Source: Felis catus
Lineage: Eukaryota
Direction: 5' to 3'
Assembly (NCBI RefSeq): GCF_018350175.1
Contig: NC_058369.1
Location: 19,842,001 to 19,906,000 of the forward strand
DNA length: 64,000 bases
A model generated the notes under the pieces. It made no database searches, had not been told where the DNA came from, and worked only from the letters and a program-made list of their open reading frames with translations. Made by a program: the position numbers and the translations under genes. Of this stretch, positions 1 to 14,000 are shown piece by piece (position 1 is the first letter of the stretch; each line of letters opens with the position of its first letter).

Positions 1-1414
1 ATGACACTGGAACAAAAACAGACACATAGATCAGTGGAACAGAATAGAAAACCTAGAAGGAACCCACAACTATACAGTCAGTTAATCTTTGACAAAGCAG
101 GAAAAAATATACAGTAAAATAAAGTCTCTTCAACAAATGGTGTTGGGAGAACTGGACAGCAACATGCAAAAGAGTTAATCTGGACCACTTCCTTACACCA
201 TACACAAAAATAAATTCAAAATGGATGAAAGACCTAAATGTGAGACAGGAAACTATCAAAATCCTAGAGGAGAACACAGGCAGTAACCTCTTTGACATTG
301 ACCATAACAACTTCTTTCTAGATATGTTTCCTGAGGCAATGGGAACAAAAGCAAAAATAAACTTGGGACTTTATCAAAATAAAAAGCTTCTGCATAGCAA
401 GGGAAATATGCAACAAAACTAAAAGGCAACCTACAGAATGGGAGAAGATACTTGCAAATGACATATCTGATGAAGGGTTAGTATCCAAAATGCATAACAA
501 ATTTATAAAAGTGAAGACCCAGAAAACAAATAATCCAGTTAAAAAATGGACAGCAGACATGAGTAGACATTTTTCCATTGAAGACACACAGATGGTCAAC
601 AGACACATGAAAAGATGCTCAGTACCACTGGTCATCAGGGAAATACAAATCAAAACTACAGTGAGATATCACCTCACACCAGTCAGAATGGCTAATATTA
701 AGAACATAAGAGACAACAGGTGTTGGTAAGGATGCAGAGAAAGGGGAACCCTCATGCACTGCTGGTGGGAATGCACACTGGTATAGTCAATCTGGAAAAA
801 AGTATAGAGGTTTCTCAGAAAGTTAAAAATAGAACTACCCTATGATCCACCAATAGCACTACAAAGTATTTACCAAAGGAATACAAAAATACAGTTTCAG
901 AGGGGTACATGCATCCTGATATTTGTAGCATCTTTATCAACAATAGCCAAGATATGGAAGCAGCCCAAGTATCCATTAATTGATGAATGGATAAAGAAGA
1001 TGTATATATATATATATACAATGGAAAATTACACAGCCATCAAAAAGAATGAAATCTTGCCATTTGCAAGGATATGGATGGAGAGTAGAGAGTATAATGC
1101 TAAGCAAAATAAGTTAGAGAAAAACAAATACAATATGATTTCACTCAGATGTGGAATTTAAGAAACAAATTATCATAGGGGAAAAAATGAGAGAGGCAAA
1201 TCAAGAAACAGACTCTTAACTGTAGAGAACAAACTGATGGTTACCAGAGGGCTGGTGGATAGGAGGATGGGTGAAATAGGTGATGGGGATTAAAGAGTGC
1301 ACTTGTTGTGATGAGCGTCAGGTGTTGTATAGAAGTGTTGAATCACTATATTGTACACCAGAATCTAATATTACACTGTACATTAAATAACTGGAATTTA
1401 AACAAAAACTTAAA
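1..1414 (+). mobile_element. LINE-1 3' portion (ORF2 C-terminus + 3'UTR), carnivore type, degenerate; runs off window start
   Basis: ORF fragments [17 protein letters not shown] and [24 protein letters not shown] match L1 ORF2; 3'UTR ends ...aactggaatttaaacaaaaacttaaa. Confidence 0.92.
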
Positions 1415-2502
1415 TTTAGATTGAGGTTTCTTAGGCTGCAACAGTAGAGTGAATTCTCTCCTCAGACACATGGGAGTGCTCATTTGCAGTTATTGTTCCT
1501 TTTTGTGACTCATTGCATCCACAGTCAAGGCTGAGATGGATATGTAGTCCTGTTTCTCTCTGTGATAGGTGGGATTTATTTCCTCTGAGTTCATCTCACT
1601 GAGGGCATCTGCTTTCTAGAATCCTAGCCTTCTGAGATTTGATTCCACCGCCTACCTAGCTCTGGCCTAAGATATTTGGCTAAAACCCATGGATTAGTGG
1701 GTATCCCCAGGGTAAGTGCAGGTGTGATGACAAATTCTCCTTATTTTGATGTAATAGTAGTTTCTGGCTTTACTTTCTTATGCACCCAGCCATATATTAT
1801 ATATTTTGCTTTCATTTTGCTGTTATCTATTATTTACAGATTTTATGTTATATGAAGGGGTTATCTCTATCTGATTGGTGATAGTTCTACATTTTAAAGT
1901 AAGTGTTCTATGCTCCTGAAACCTTCTGTTTCTTTTTTAAAACAGCTTTCTCTAAGAGTCCCTTTCTCTTAAAAACTGACCATTATTTATTGATGGTCTG
2001 TATGGACTCAACACTGTTTATACATTTATAACCATTTTCTACTCATAGCAGCATTGTGAGATAGCATTAACATTGTCACTTTTTACTCTGGTAAGTCGCA
2101 CAGATAGGAAGTTACTTAAGGTGACTTGGTAACACGCTACCTCCCTCTTTCTTCCCCTCTCAGGTTTTATTGGACAGGAGTTGATGGGTAAACAAATTTG
2201 AGTTATCCTTTTTGCCTCAACCTTGTCTCTAGCCAAGTCCCAGAAAGATTCACCAAATGTTTACATTGTAAAAGTAATCCTCATTACTTCTCCATATTTG
2301 ACTTCATGCGAGTTCACAAATAAAAAACCAGTATCTTCTTCCAATATAGATTCTTTATGGACTGCATAATGGCTTTTTATTTAAACTAATTTCCGGCCAG
2401 TATTCAGAGTAAAAGTAATACTGAAATATTGATCCACTGGTGAGCATTTGGTCCTGATCTGTGTAGGTAGAACAATGGATGTAAAAAAAGCTTATTTTAA
2501 AA

Positions 2503-2706
2503 AAATGTATATTTATTTATTTTGAGAGAGAGAGTGCACATAAACAAGGGAGGGGCAGAAAGAGAGGGAGAGAGAGAATCCTAAGCAGGCTGTGTGCTGT
2601 CAGCTTAGACCCCAACTTGGGGCACCAATTCACCAACTGTGAGATCATGACCTGGGCTGAGATCAAGAGTTGGACCCTTAATTGACTGAGTCACTCAGGT
2701 GTCCCC
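2503..2706 (-). mobile_element. CanSINE (tRNA-derived carnivore SINE)
   Basis: T-rich tail, (GA)n, ggggcagaaagagagggagagagagaatcc, gagatcatgacctgggctgagatcaagagt. Confidence 0.9.
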
Positions 2707-2724
2707 CCCCCCCCCCGCCACGTT

Positions 2725-2929
2725 TTTTAAAAGTTTATTTATTTATTTTGACAGAGAGAGAGAGCAAGTGGGGTAGGGACGGGGGGGGGGGTGGGGCAGA
2801 ATCCCGAGCAGGCTCTGTGCTGCCAGCGCAGAGCCTGACCCTGGGCTTAATCTCCCAAACCGTGAGATCATGACCCCAGCTAAAATCAAGAGTTGGATGC
2901 TTAACCAACAGAGCCACCCAAGCAGCCCC
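2725..2929 (-). mobile_element. CanSINE, tandem with the previous copy
   Basis: tttatttattttgacagagag...cgtgagatcatgacc...gatgcttaaccaacagagccacccaagcagcccc. Confidence 0.9.
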
Positions 2930-5066
2930 TAAAAGATTATTTAAAGATGTACTATTTTGTTTAATCTGCCGTGAGAGTTTTCCTTCATTCATATTAGTAT
3001 CACTAAGGCTGTTTTGGATTGTCAGATAATTCTCTAATAGTAGTAAGCCATAATTTTAATAAGAATGTTTTAAGCTGTTGTCATGTGTAAAACAAGCTTG
3101 AGAAAGAACACTGTTTATGAAAACTATGAAGAGATACAGTTCTAACGTAAGACTGAAAACTGAAACCTAGGATCTCACTACTGCTCTAATGCTGTAACAC
3201 TTGATTTCATCATGCTTACCCTTGGATACCATTATGAACTGTGGCAGTTATATTACGGCGTTCATTTCTAACATTCTGTAAAAATGAAGTTTCTGTGAGA
3301 AGGGGCATCCTCCTGTTTAAATGTAGTTTGGGCTGAGTTATGAGGCTTCTTTAAAGCACACTTTCAATAGAAATGCACTTAATGTTTCAGGCAAACGATG
3401 ACAGATTGGCTGGGAAGCTTGAGTTCTCTCAGAGGCAACCCAGAGGGGTTGCATGTCCTCTTCTGTGCAGAGCAATTGGGTGAGCAAATTATACCCAAGG
3501 ACATACATTCAATGAGATATAACCATCTCTGAGGCTTACTTTGTAAATTTGAGTTATGACAGCAGCATATTTAAAGAGCTTAAAATATTATAACACTTTC
3601 CTAATTCCTGGGAGCTCCTGTTTTTATCTAACAGGAGCTGAAAGTGATTATTTCAGGTATGAGATGTTCTAAAGCTGTGGATCAAAAACATGCAGGAACA
3701 CAGCATTTTTAGAGCTGGCTCAAAGAGTATAAATCTTTGTTTCTTCCCCAAAAGACTAAATTGGGGGCTAAGAAAGTCTGTTATTATTGTTCATAGAAAA
3801 GAGTATTTCCAAGAAAGCAGATGTCTGCCTTTCTCAAAATTCTCTCCTAGAGAAGGACCCATTTTTTTTTTTTTTAGAAACCTGCTTTAGAAGCTGCATA
3901 TATTTTCATGCTGTTATCCTTACTACCAGCTCTAAACGATGAGTCTGATGTATGTGTGCTATTAGCTTCTCTGTCCCTCTGAGGATGATGACACTTGTGC
4001 TGCAAATTATCATTTCAAATCAGTATTTACTCATTCCTGGGACTTCACCCACAGCTGAGCCTGCCTTGACTGTGATTCTGAGTTTTTAGTGAGGACAGCT
4101 GCTTATTTCCTATGCACTACTTTTTTTTAAGCTCATCAGTTCATCAGCCACTGTTGTATTTTGTTCAGAACTTTTTATTTTTTTAAAGCAGAACATGATC
4201 ATATTTCAATACACAACTTCTGTACAACCAAAAAGTAAGACATCACAGTAAAATGTTGGTAAGAAAATAGGGTATTTCAATTTGCAGTACATGGCAAATG
4301 GTTAACATCCTTAGACATAAGTCTCCTAGAAACCAGTTACAAAGACACTAATATTTAAAAACAACAACAAGTTGCCTTTTATGGAAGATGTTTTAGGTAA
4401 ATATATGAGAATAGGAAAAAATCCGTGATTGGAGAGCAACTCCAATTTAAAAAATAAGAAATTTTAGTACCTGCACACTAGCTTTTTGAAGATTGTATTG
4501 GTGTGTACAGATATTTTAAGAATCACACATTGTCAAAGGAAGATTCCCTGATTCTTCAGTATAACCTCTTGTATAATTAGATTCTTTATCTTTACCTTGT
4601 GAGTCACAGACTTAGGCTTAATTCATTTTGGCTATATTTATGATATGAAATTGAATAAAAACAAGTAGCCTAGTATTAATTTTGTGAAATACAGGTTGAA
4701 TTTTGTTATGACTTATACTGGCATATATTTGGTTGGTATGTTGCAGCTTCAGTGCTTGGCATCCGTTTTTCCAGTTTATCTTTACTACATTCAAGAAGTT
4801 AGGCTGGGAAGATTGCTTTTGTTTTATAGATAAGGCCACGGAGAATTAGAGAATTAAGAGCATCACAACCAAGCTGAAGGAGATAGATTTTGTCTAGATG
4901 AGTATGCAAAATGGAACTAGAATCTAGGTCTCCTTGACTTCAAGTTTTCCATGGTAAGAGATTTAGACTCAGTTAAACTGAATAAATTCACAGTACTTGT
5001 TAACCATGAATTGTAAAGATTTTAAAATGAATAAGTTGGTATTTTATATTAATCAAATTTTTATTG

Positions 5067-5183
5067 TAATATCTGAGTAATGGACATATTGTAATATCTG
5101 AGTAAGTGGACAAATTATAATATTGTACCTTTTCCTTAATATTTCCTTAATATTTTCCTTAATATTGCCTTTTCCTTAATATT
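5067..5183. repeat. short local tandem duplications (~25-bp duplication and ~4x ttttccttaatat)
   Basis: attgtaatatctgagtaa(g)tggaca occurs twice; ttccttaatat repeated at 5130-5183. Confidence 0.75.
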
Positions 5184-5576
5184 TGTATATTTGTTTCAAA
5201 TGTTTAAAATTTTAGGAAAATTTTGATCCATAATACTGCAAATAAATAGCTATTGTTTAAATATGGAAAGAGAACCTTTCTGCCAACAGAAAAGAAAGTA
5301 TTTGTAGCTAGGTATTGACACTGAAATTAAATTGGCTTCAAATTTAAACTTAATATAAAATAACTTTCTTTTAACAACTGACATTTAATGAGCATTAGGT
5401 TTCATTTCTTATTACTCCTTTAGCCTTTGTAATCTAAATTACCTAGATGGCATTTCAAATCTTGGATGGTTTTAGGACTGCCTTTCTCTGAAAATAACAC
5501 TGTTAATCTGTCAGAACCAAATGCTGGAATACTTTTCCATTGGGTGTTACTAAAAATAGAGCACCAGTTTTTTTCT

Positions 5577-5614
5577 GGTTTTGGTTTTGGTTTTGGTTTT
5601 GGTTTTGGTTTTGG
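5577..5614. repeat. (GGTTTT)n microsatellite
   Basis: ~6 units; source of the PKPKPK/GFGFGF ORFs. Confidence 0.95.
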
Positions 5615-6199
5615 TCTCCTCATTCTGAGAACTTCCATAGCAACACATTGTTAAAGTAGAACAGTGTATTTCGGGGAGGAATTTTTTTTTTTTAAAGACA
5701 AATAGCATTTCTGTTTACTAAATCTGTGGTACTCAGGTAAATATTTTAAGGAATGCTTACATTATTGAACACATGACAGAGTTTCAGAATACACCAGATG
5801 GATACTTTCAAGTTTTCATCCAGAAACCTTCTGATACATGACAGATTGTTTGTATTATTCCCTAAGTATCTTTATTAAATTTTAAATATTTGTATTAAAA
5901 CATGCAACTGAGCAATATGTGAGAATAATTCTAGTTCTCTTCATTTGTTTTTTGACTTCACTAGGTAAATTTAGAAGAAAGGATTTCTAAATGACTTATT
6001 ACCTAAAGCCAAAATTTTCACTCCATAACTTCCTCACTTTATTCTCCTTTTATCTCTTTGAAAGCTTATTTGCAAGTTAATTTTTCTTTCTTTTTTTTTT
6101 TTTTTTTTTGTTTTTATTTTATGGCCTCTCAGTTGTGGTTGGTTTTTTTTGTTTGTTTTGTTTTGTTTTTGTTTGTTTGTTTTTCCTGGAGATTTCTTT

Positions 6200-6670
6200 T
6201 CTGCTTCTCCTACCTTGCAGGCATCACATATTTTCTCACCGGTAGCAATTCTTCCTTTGATACAACTTTCAGCTTCTCCTCTTTCTGTCTAGTCCCACTG
6301 CTGTCATTTGAAAACTCATCCTCTCTGGTAAGATTTAGTTTGTTTCCTCTTCTAAACTATTCATATCACTTTTATGTTATTCCTCTGCTTATAAGCTCTC
6401 GACTTAGGTTGTCTTCTGTGGGCAGAATAGCAACACATTCATTCTCCTATATACACTGCCTCTGCTCACTCAGGCTTGTGGTTTCACAAGAATGATGATT
6501 CTCAAGGTGTGATGAGCCAGATCTCTCCACTAAACAGCGTCTCTTTATTTCCAACTGCCTATTGGCTTATTAGTCATATCTACCCAGATGTGTACTACAC
6601 GTGGCTCAAGCCCAGCATGTCCATTCTAGGCTCTTTGCTCTCTCATCTTTTTTGTGTCTTCAGGCTCTTG
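6200..6670. mobile_element. ancient L2-like remnant
   Basis: pyrimidine-rich decayed sequence with L2-like motifs (gatgattctcaa...ccagatctctcc...tttccaactgcctattgg). Confidence 0.4.
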
Positions 6671-7079
6671 TGAGGATCAGCTATGATAATACTTATGTAA
6701 ATGTAAATTTTGGATAATCATTGTTCAGGATACACTTGTGGAAGTGTATGTGATTAATGGTGGGCAGTGCTGAGCATCACACAAATTTTACATATTCTTA
6801 ATCAGAGGAAAACAATAATGCATTTATTCAGTTGTCCATTCAACAAATATTGAATATTCAATAGTTTTCAATGTATTGTTCAATGTTCAATACATTACAG
6901 TGTGCCCCACCTTGCTGCTGGGATTTAGCAGTTAATAGAAAAGATAATGTCCCTGCCCTTTCAGAACTCGCTTTCTAGAGTGGGAAACAGATAATGAACA
7001 AACAAGAAATGTATTTAATATATTCTGAGATACAGGGTGTTTTATATTTTTGATTTATATCAGAAATTTGGAAGCATCT

Positions 7080-8617
7080 TTTAAAATACATTTCTGTAAT
7101 TTACATATTTTAAAGGTAATCCATTTTATGTATATAGTTAGGTGATTTTTAGTAAATTTACAGAGTAGCGCAAACATCACCACATCCACCTTTAAAATAC
7201 TTCCATTACTCCAAAACGGTCCCTCATGTTCATTTGCAATCAATTCACACTCCCACAAAGGCCCAAGTGACCATTTATCGGCCTTCATTCTCTGTAGATT
7301 TGCCTTTTCTGGGCATTTCATTTAAGTGGAATCACGTGATATGTGCTCTTTTTATATCTGGCTTCTTTTGCTTAGTATAATGTTTTTGAGATTTATCCAT
7401 GTTGTAGCATGCATCAGTAGTTCATTCCTTTTTATCCTGAATTGTATCCCATTCTATGCATATGCATTTTGTTTATTCATAGTTGGTGAACATTTGGATT
7501 GTTTGTATTTTTTGGTTACTATGAATGATCCTGCTATGAACATTTGTGTACAAATCTTTGTGTGGGCGTGGACTTGTTTTCATTTGGGGTGGGGGTAGAT
7601 ACAGAAGAGTAGAATTTCTGGGTCACAGGGTAAATTTATGTTTAACTTTTTAAGAAACTGCCAACTTTCCCACAGTATCTGTGCCATTTTCCATTATTAC
7701 CAGCAGTCTGTGATGGTTTCATTTTCCCTATATTTCTAGCAACACTTGTTATCATCTGCCTTTTTTATCATAGCTATTCTGGTGGGTGAGAAATGGTATC
7801 TTACTTTAGGAATTTTTTACTGTTTTAAAAATTTGAATATAGTTGACACATAATATTACATTAGTTTCAGGTGTACAACATAGTGATTCTGCTTCTCAAT
7901 ATATTATGCTATGCTCACCACAAGTGTAGCTACCATCTGTTAACATACAATGCTATTACACTACCATTGACTATATTCCCTATGCTGTACCTTTTATTTC
8001 TGTGAGTTATTTTTTTATAAGTGGAAATCTATAGCTCCTACTCCCCCTACCCCATTTTGCCCATCCTCTCACTGCCCCTCCCCTCTAACAACCATCAGTT
8101 TGTTCTCTATATTTATAGATTGGTTCTGCTCTTTATTATTTTGGTTTTTTAGATTCTACATATAAGTGGAATTATTTTATATTTGTATTTATCTGACTAA
8201 TTTCACATAATACCCTCTAGATCCATCTGGGTTTTTGCAAGTGGCATATCTTACAGTTTTGATTTATATTTCGTTAGTGGCTGATGCTGTTTGACATCTT
8301 TCAAATGCTTATCCATTCATGTATATTCTTTGGTAGAATGGTCATTCACATCTTTAGCTTAGTTTTTTTTAATGTTTATTTATTATTTTTTTAAATATAA
8401 TTTATCGTCAAATTGGCTAACATACAGTGTGTAAAGTGTACTCTGGGCTTTTGGGGTAGATTCCTGTGGTTCATTGCTTACATACAACACCCAGTATTCA
8501 TCCCAATAAGTGCCCTCCTCAATGCCCATCACCCATTTTTCCCTCCCCCCACCCCCATCTTCCCTCAGTTTTTATTGGGTTGCTTGCCATCTTATTGATT
8601 TGAAAAAGTTCTTTGTA
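7080..8617 (-). mobile_element. old L1M 3' region interrupted by two younger L1 3' ends (~7810-8250 and ~8362-8566)
   Basis: antisense L1 motifs (ggcttcttttgcttagtataatgtttttgagatttatccatgttgtagcatg; aactttttaagaaactgccaa); inner elements begin with T-tails and carnivore L1 3'UTR sequence. Confidence 0.75.
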
Positions 8618-9051
8618 AGGCATTCAGATTGGTAAGGAAGAAGTAAAACTGTCACCATTTGTAGGTAGCCTGATACTAACCATAGAAGTTATTATTAGAA
8701 GTAATACTATTATTAGAAGTAATACTATTAACTATTATTAGACGTAATACACGAATTCAGAAAAGTTGCAGGATGCAAGATTAACATACAGAAATCTGTT
8801 GCAGTTCTATATACAAATAACAAAGTAGCAGAAAGAAAAATTAAGAAAACAATTTCATTTATAATTGCACTAAAAAGAGTAAAATACCTAGATATTAACT
8901 TAAGGAAATGAAAGACTGGTACTCTAAAAACTATAAAACACCGATGAAAAGAATTGAAAACAATACAAACAAATAGAAAGATATTCCATGCTCATGGATT
9001 GGGATATTTAATATTGTTCAAATGTCTATGCCACCCAAAACCATCTACAGA

Positions 9052-9130
<79 letters not shown>

Positions 9131-9597
9131 TGTTCTTTCTTTATTTCTTTCTTTCTTATTATTTTTTAATATATAATTTATTGTCAAATTGGTATCCATA
9201 CAACACCCAGTGCTCATCCCAACAGGTGCCCTCCTCTTCAGTGCCCATCACCCACTTTCTCCTCCCCCACCCCCCCATCAACCCTGTTTGTTCTCAGTAT
9301 TTAAGAGTCTCTTATGGTTTGCCTCCTTCCCTCTCTGTAACTTTTTCCCCCTTCCCCTCCCCCATGGTCTTCTGTTAAGTTTCTCTGGATCCACATAAGA
9401 GTGAAAACATATGGTATCTGTCTTTCTCTGTATGACTTATTTCACTTAGCATAACACTCTCCAGTTCTATCTATATTGCTACAAAAGGCCGTATTTCATT
9501 CTTTATCATTGCCAAGTAGTATTCCATTGTATATATAAACGACGTCTTTATCCATGCGTCAGTTGATGGACATTTAGGCTCTTTACATAATTTGGCT
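9052..9597 (-). mobile_element. 5'-truncated felid-type L1 3' end with a (GAAA)n-expanded tail
   Basis: L1 3'UTR/ORF2 end (ggatccacataagagtgaaaac); TSD aaac(c/a)atctacaga at 9038-9051 and 9598-9611. Confidence 0.9.
9053..9131. repeat. (TTTC)n microsatellite
   Basis: long perfect tttc array in the L1 tail. Confidence 0.95.
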
Positions 9598-9911
9598 AAA
9601 CAATCTACAGATTCAGTGCAATTCCTATTAAAATACCAATAGCATTTTTCACAGAACTAGAACAAATAATTGTGAAATATGTATGGAACCACAAAAGACC
9701 CCAGAATAGCAAAAGCAATCTTTAGAAAGAGGAACAAAGTTGGACATAGGAAAATTTCAGATTTTAAGATGTACTACAAAGCTATAGTAATCAGAACAGT
9801 ATCATACTGGCACAAAAATAGATCAATGGAACAGAATAGAGAGTCCAGAAATAAACTTATGCTTATATGGACAATTACTCTATGACAAAGGAAGTAAGAA
9901 TATACAATGGA

Positions 9912-10126
9912 GGGGCACCTGGGTGGCTCAGTCAGTTAAGCACCTGACTCTTGGTTTCGGCTCAGGTCATGATCTCATGGTTCGTGAGTTCACGCCACAC
10001 ATCGGGCTCTGCTCTGACAGCATGGAGCCTGCCTGGGATTCTCTCTCTCTCCCTCTCTCTCTCTGCCCCTCCTCTGCTTTCTCTGTCTCTCAAAATAAAT
10101 AAACTTTAAAAAAAATTCAAAAAAAA
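9912..10126 (+). mobile_element. CanSINE
   Basis: ggggcacctgggtggctcagtcagttaag...(CT)n...aaaataaataaac; TSD aagaatatacaatgga. Confidence 0.95.
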
Positions 10127-10884
10127 AAGAATATACAATGGAGAAGACAGCCCTTCAATTAATGATGCTGGGAAAACTAGGCAGCTACATGCAAAAAAAT
10201 GAAACTGGACTACTTTTTTTACACCATACACAAAAAAATAAAATAAGAATGGATCAAAGACCTAATGTGAAACCTGAAGCCATAAAGCTTGTAGAATAAA
10301 AACATAGACAGTAATCTCTTTGGCATTGGCCTTAGCAACATTTTTCTAGATGTCTCATGAGGCAAGGGAAACAAAAGCAAAAGTAAACTGTCAGGATTAT
10401 ATCAAAATAAAAAGCATATGCACAACAAAGGAAACAATCAGCAAAATAAAAAGGCAACCTTCTGAATAAGAGAAGATATCTGCAAATGTTATATTCAATA
10501 AGGGGTTAATATCCAAAATATATAGAGAACTTAAACAACTCAATATCAAAAAAAAATCTAATCAAAATGAACAAAGGACTTGAATAGACATTTTTCCAAA
10601 GAATGCATACAGATGGCCAACAGACACATGAAGAGATGCTCAACATCACCAGTTGTCAGGGAAATATAAATCAAAACCACAATGAGATATCACCTCACAC
10701 CTGTCAGAGTGTCTAGTGTCAAATAGGTAAGAAAGAACAAATGTTAGTGGGAATGTAGAGAAGAAGGAACCCTTTGTGCACTGTTGATGAGAATGTAAAT
10801 TGGTGCAACCACTGTGGAAGATAGATAACATGGAGGGTCCTCAAAAAATTAAAAGTAGAAATACCATATGATTATAATAGTTTA

Positions 10885-11084
10885 TTTTTTTAATGTTTAT
10901 TTATTTTTGAGACACAGCATGGATGGGGGAGGGTCATAGAGAGAGGGAGACACAGAAACAGAAGCAGGCTCCAGGCTCTGAGCTGTCGTCACAGAGCCCG
11001 ACGTGGGGCTCAAACCCACGGACCGTGAGATCATGACCTGAGCCGAAGTCAGACACTTAACTGACCAAGCCACCCAGGCACCCC
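10885..11084 (-). mobile_element. CanSINE
   Basis: SINE body on -; TSD tgattataatagttta at 10869-10884 and 11085-11100. Confidence 0.95.
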
Positions 11085-14000
11085 TGATTATAATAGTTTA
11101 ATAGTAAATTTTACATCTTGGAAGTGTGCATCCTTTACCTCTGTTCTTTTTCAAAATTGTTTTGGGTATTCTGGGCACTTTACATTTCCATATAAAATTT
11201 CAGATTAGCTTATCAAAGAAATTAGGAAATATCTTAAAATTAATGACTTACACTTGGCAATTTGTTTCTTTCACAGTGATGTTGCTTGCACTGAATGATA
11301 TCTTAGATTTGGGGAAATATGGTAAAATATCAAATGATGTTACATGCAAAGGAGAGAAATAATGCAGTGAGAAGAATAGGAAGTTTTGGGGGTAATGTTG
11401 CATTGTTGTTGTGTAAACACTGGTGAAACAAGGCCTTCTGGATAAGGTGACTTTTGAACAGAAACTTGAAGAAGGTGAGGAAATGAACCATGGTGAGATC
11501 TGGAAAGTGGTCCTATCAGAGAAAGAACAAGTTTAAAAACTCTGAGTTTCCTAAGTCAGGAAAACACTGTTTTTTTTCCAATGACCAAAGATGAAATCAT
11601 AGTATTATGGCTTTAATTAGACTTTTATCTTATTTATTTGAAGGTTAAGTTGAAAGTCAATTAACCTTTATTTTAGAGAGAATATGATTCTTCCAAAGAC
11701 AGTACAACATTACATGATATAATTTATCCTTTTACCATCTTGGTTCATTCCTTGGACTTCTTACACCTCTGATCCATTCAGTATAAGGTGTATGAAATGG
11801 CCTCAGAATTTTAATAGAAAGGTACTAGGATCTTCTAAATGTTTCCCCATCTTCATTTCTTGTGGGAAGAAATCTCAAGCATAATTTTGCTTAGTCCATA
11901 ATATATAACTACTAGAAATCATTGAAATCATCCATCTAATAAGAACCCATGTCAACGAAAGACGTCAAGATATATTTTATGAAAGTTATGATAGCTTATG
12001 ATATGTGCTTGAGTGAAGATTCCTCTGCAGATATCTAAAGGCTGTTATATAGTTCCCTGATCTTGGTATTAAAGTAACTCACTCCACTTTTCACACCAGT
12101 GTGGATCTTGCAGTCTGTGGAATTCTTTTGTGTGAGATTTTCCCACCTCCTAGTTTCCATTGGGGCTTAGAATAATATTTGCCATGAGAAACAGCTATAT
12201 TTCTCAATAGATAGATGTAGAGAGTATCCAGTTTGGTCTAAGAGCAAGAATGGGTGACACTACTTTTCTTCCCCAGAGCTCAAATAAATCCATGTATGAT
12301 ACCAATATTTAAGCCAGATTTTTATTAAAACTCAGTAGGCTTGTAGGAAAATACTATTATTATGCAAGGAGACCGTTAAATCCAGTGAGATCTGTAGCTC
12401 AGAGAATATTGCTAATGGCCAGGCTCTGTGTGTGTATGTGTATCATACATGTGATATATGTGAGATATGTATATTCTGTATATATCTATCTAAAATTCTG
12501 TTCTTCCTTGTATGTACTTTGATACTTTCAAGGTTCTACCTGATTCTTTTCATTTATGAGTCTTTTCAGTCATATAAAGACTGTATAAATATCCCTACTT
12601 TTATGTAGTAGCTTTGTAAATTAATCTCAGTTTTAAATGCATCAAACTAGCTTTTTAAATATACTGTTTGTTAAACCCTCTTGTAAAATATGTTGTGGTA
12701 TGTACCCATAATATATTACATGCAAGTCTTGAGTTTCTTTTATCAGCACCTCTAAAGTATTACATAAGCTTTGTACTTTTGTGATTGTCTTTAGGCTTTT
12801 CTCATTCTACTTACTAATAGTAAATGTGACAGGGTGGCACTGTTCTTCATCCCTCCCCTTGTGGCATTCATTGTATCTATTTTATTTAGTTCGTGAGTGT
12901 AGGCATGAAACAAAATATTAACAAGTGGAATCCAACTATATAAAAAGGATGACATTATGACCAAGAGTTTATCTCAGAAATACAAACTTGGTTTCACATT
13001 TAAAAATCAATGTAGACTTATGCTCTTGCCCAGGATGGAGTAAGTGGAATTATTCATATTCTTTCACTTGAACAGCAACAACATGGACAATATAAAGAAA
13101 CTGGGTATGAAGCAACAATGGATAGTGATTTTTGAGAGATAGGGTAAAAGGTGAGCCCCAAGACTGTCTCAGCTTACTACTTTGAGACAGTTTCTACTTT
13201 GCATCATAGGGAGATGAAATTCAAGTGGAGCCCAGAGGACTCTAGAAACTGAGAAGACAGAACTAGATTCTGGTGAGAACAAAGCAGCCAAAGTTGGCAG
13301 GACACAGTACTGAGGAGAGAGCTGTAGAGAGGAGAGGAGGGAAGGGGAAGGGAGAGGAGAAATCCTAGAGATCTGCAGAGGGTCTCTTCAGAGTATTCAG
13401 TAGGATGATGATCAGTTCATGCATGTGAGGAAACTACTCAAGGCTTGAGAAACAAATCATTAGAATGATTATAGTACAGTACCTGATATTTACACTGTAC
13501 TGGTAATAGTGCCTATTCCTACTAGTCACACTGAAAAAAACTTTTAATTTTCATGGAGCATTAGGTAGACTATTCAGAAAAGTCTTACCTCAAATGTGGG
13601 AAATTACTGTCTGTGGATTGAACATGGCAAATCATAAAATATTATAAAAGCAAGACATGAAAGAATCAAACTGTTTCTAAATGGCTTAACTGTATCCCAG
13701 AGTAAAACTCAAAGATATTTATAGAAATGTTGAAATTCCCAGCACCCAAATATAATCTATAAGGAGGAGAATAATTAATCATTTGAAATCAACCCTGAAC
13801 TGATATAGATGTTAGGATTAGAAGACAAGGACATTAAAATGGTTGTTATATTTAGTATGTTCAAAAACTTCATTGGTATACGGGAGATATAAAAAACCTT
13901 AAGTTGAATTTCTAGAGATGAAAACTTTAATGTTTGGGTTGAAAATGGCACTAGATGAGATTAACAGCAGATTGAAGATGGAAAAATTTAGTGAACTTGA

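Larger units (their letters stand above)
8618..10873 (+). mobile_element. internal L1 ORF2 fragment truncated at both ends, interrupted by an L1 3' end and a SINE
   Basis: begins aggcattcagattggtaaggaagaagtaaaactg (RT region), has [20 protein letters not shown], ends aaaagtagaaataccatatgat with no 3'UTR or poly(A). Confidence 0.85.

Noticed and set aside
5420..5654. ORFs containing PKPKPK / GFGFGF
   Set aside because: Produced by the (GGTTTT)n microsatellite.
6058..6495. 145-aa hydrophobic ORF resembling a membrane protein
   Set aside because: Non-ATG start; derived from poly-T and pyrimidine-rich repeat remnants; no splice or family support.
8683..8750. Short repeated unit tattattagaagtaatac as an array-like structure
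   Set aside because: Local slippage duplication within decayed L1 ORF2, with no spacers; CRISPR is not applicable to mammalian DNA.
8954..9398. SFFL / KERK repeat ORFs
   Set aside because: Translations of the (TTTC)n L1 tail.
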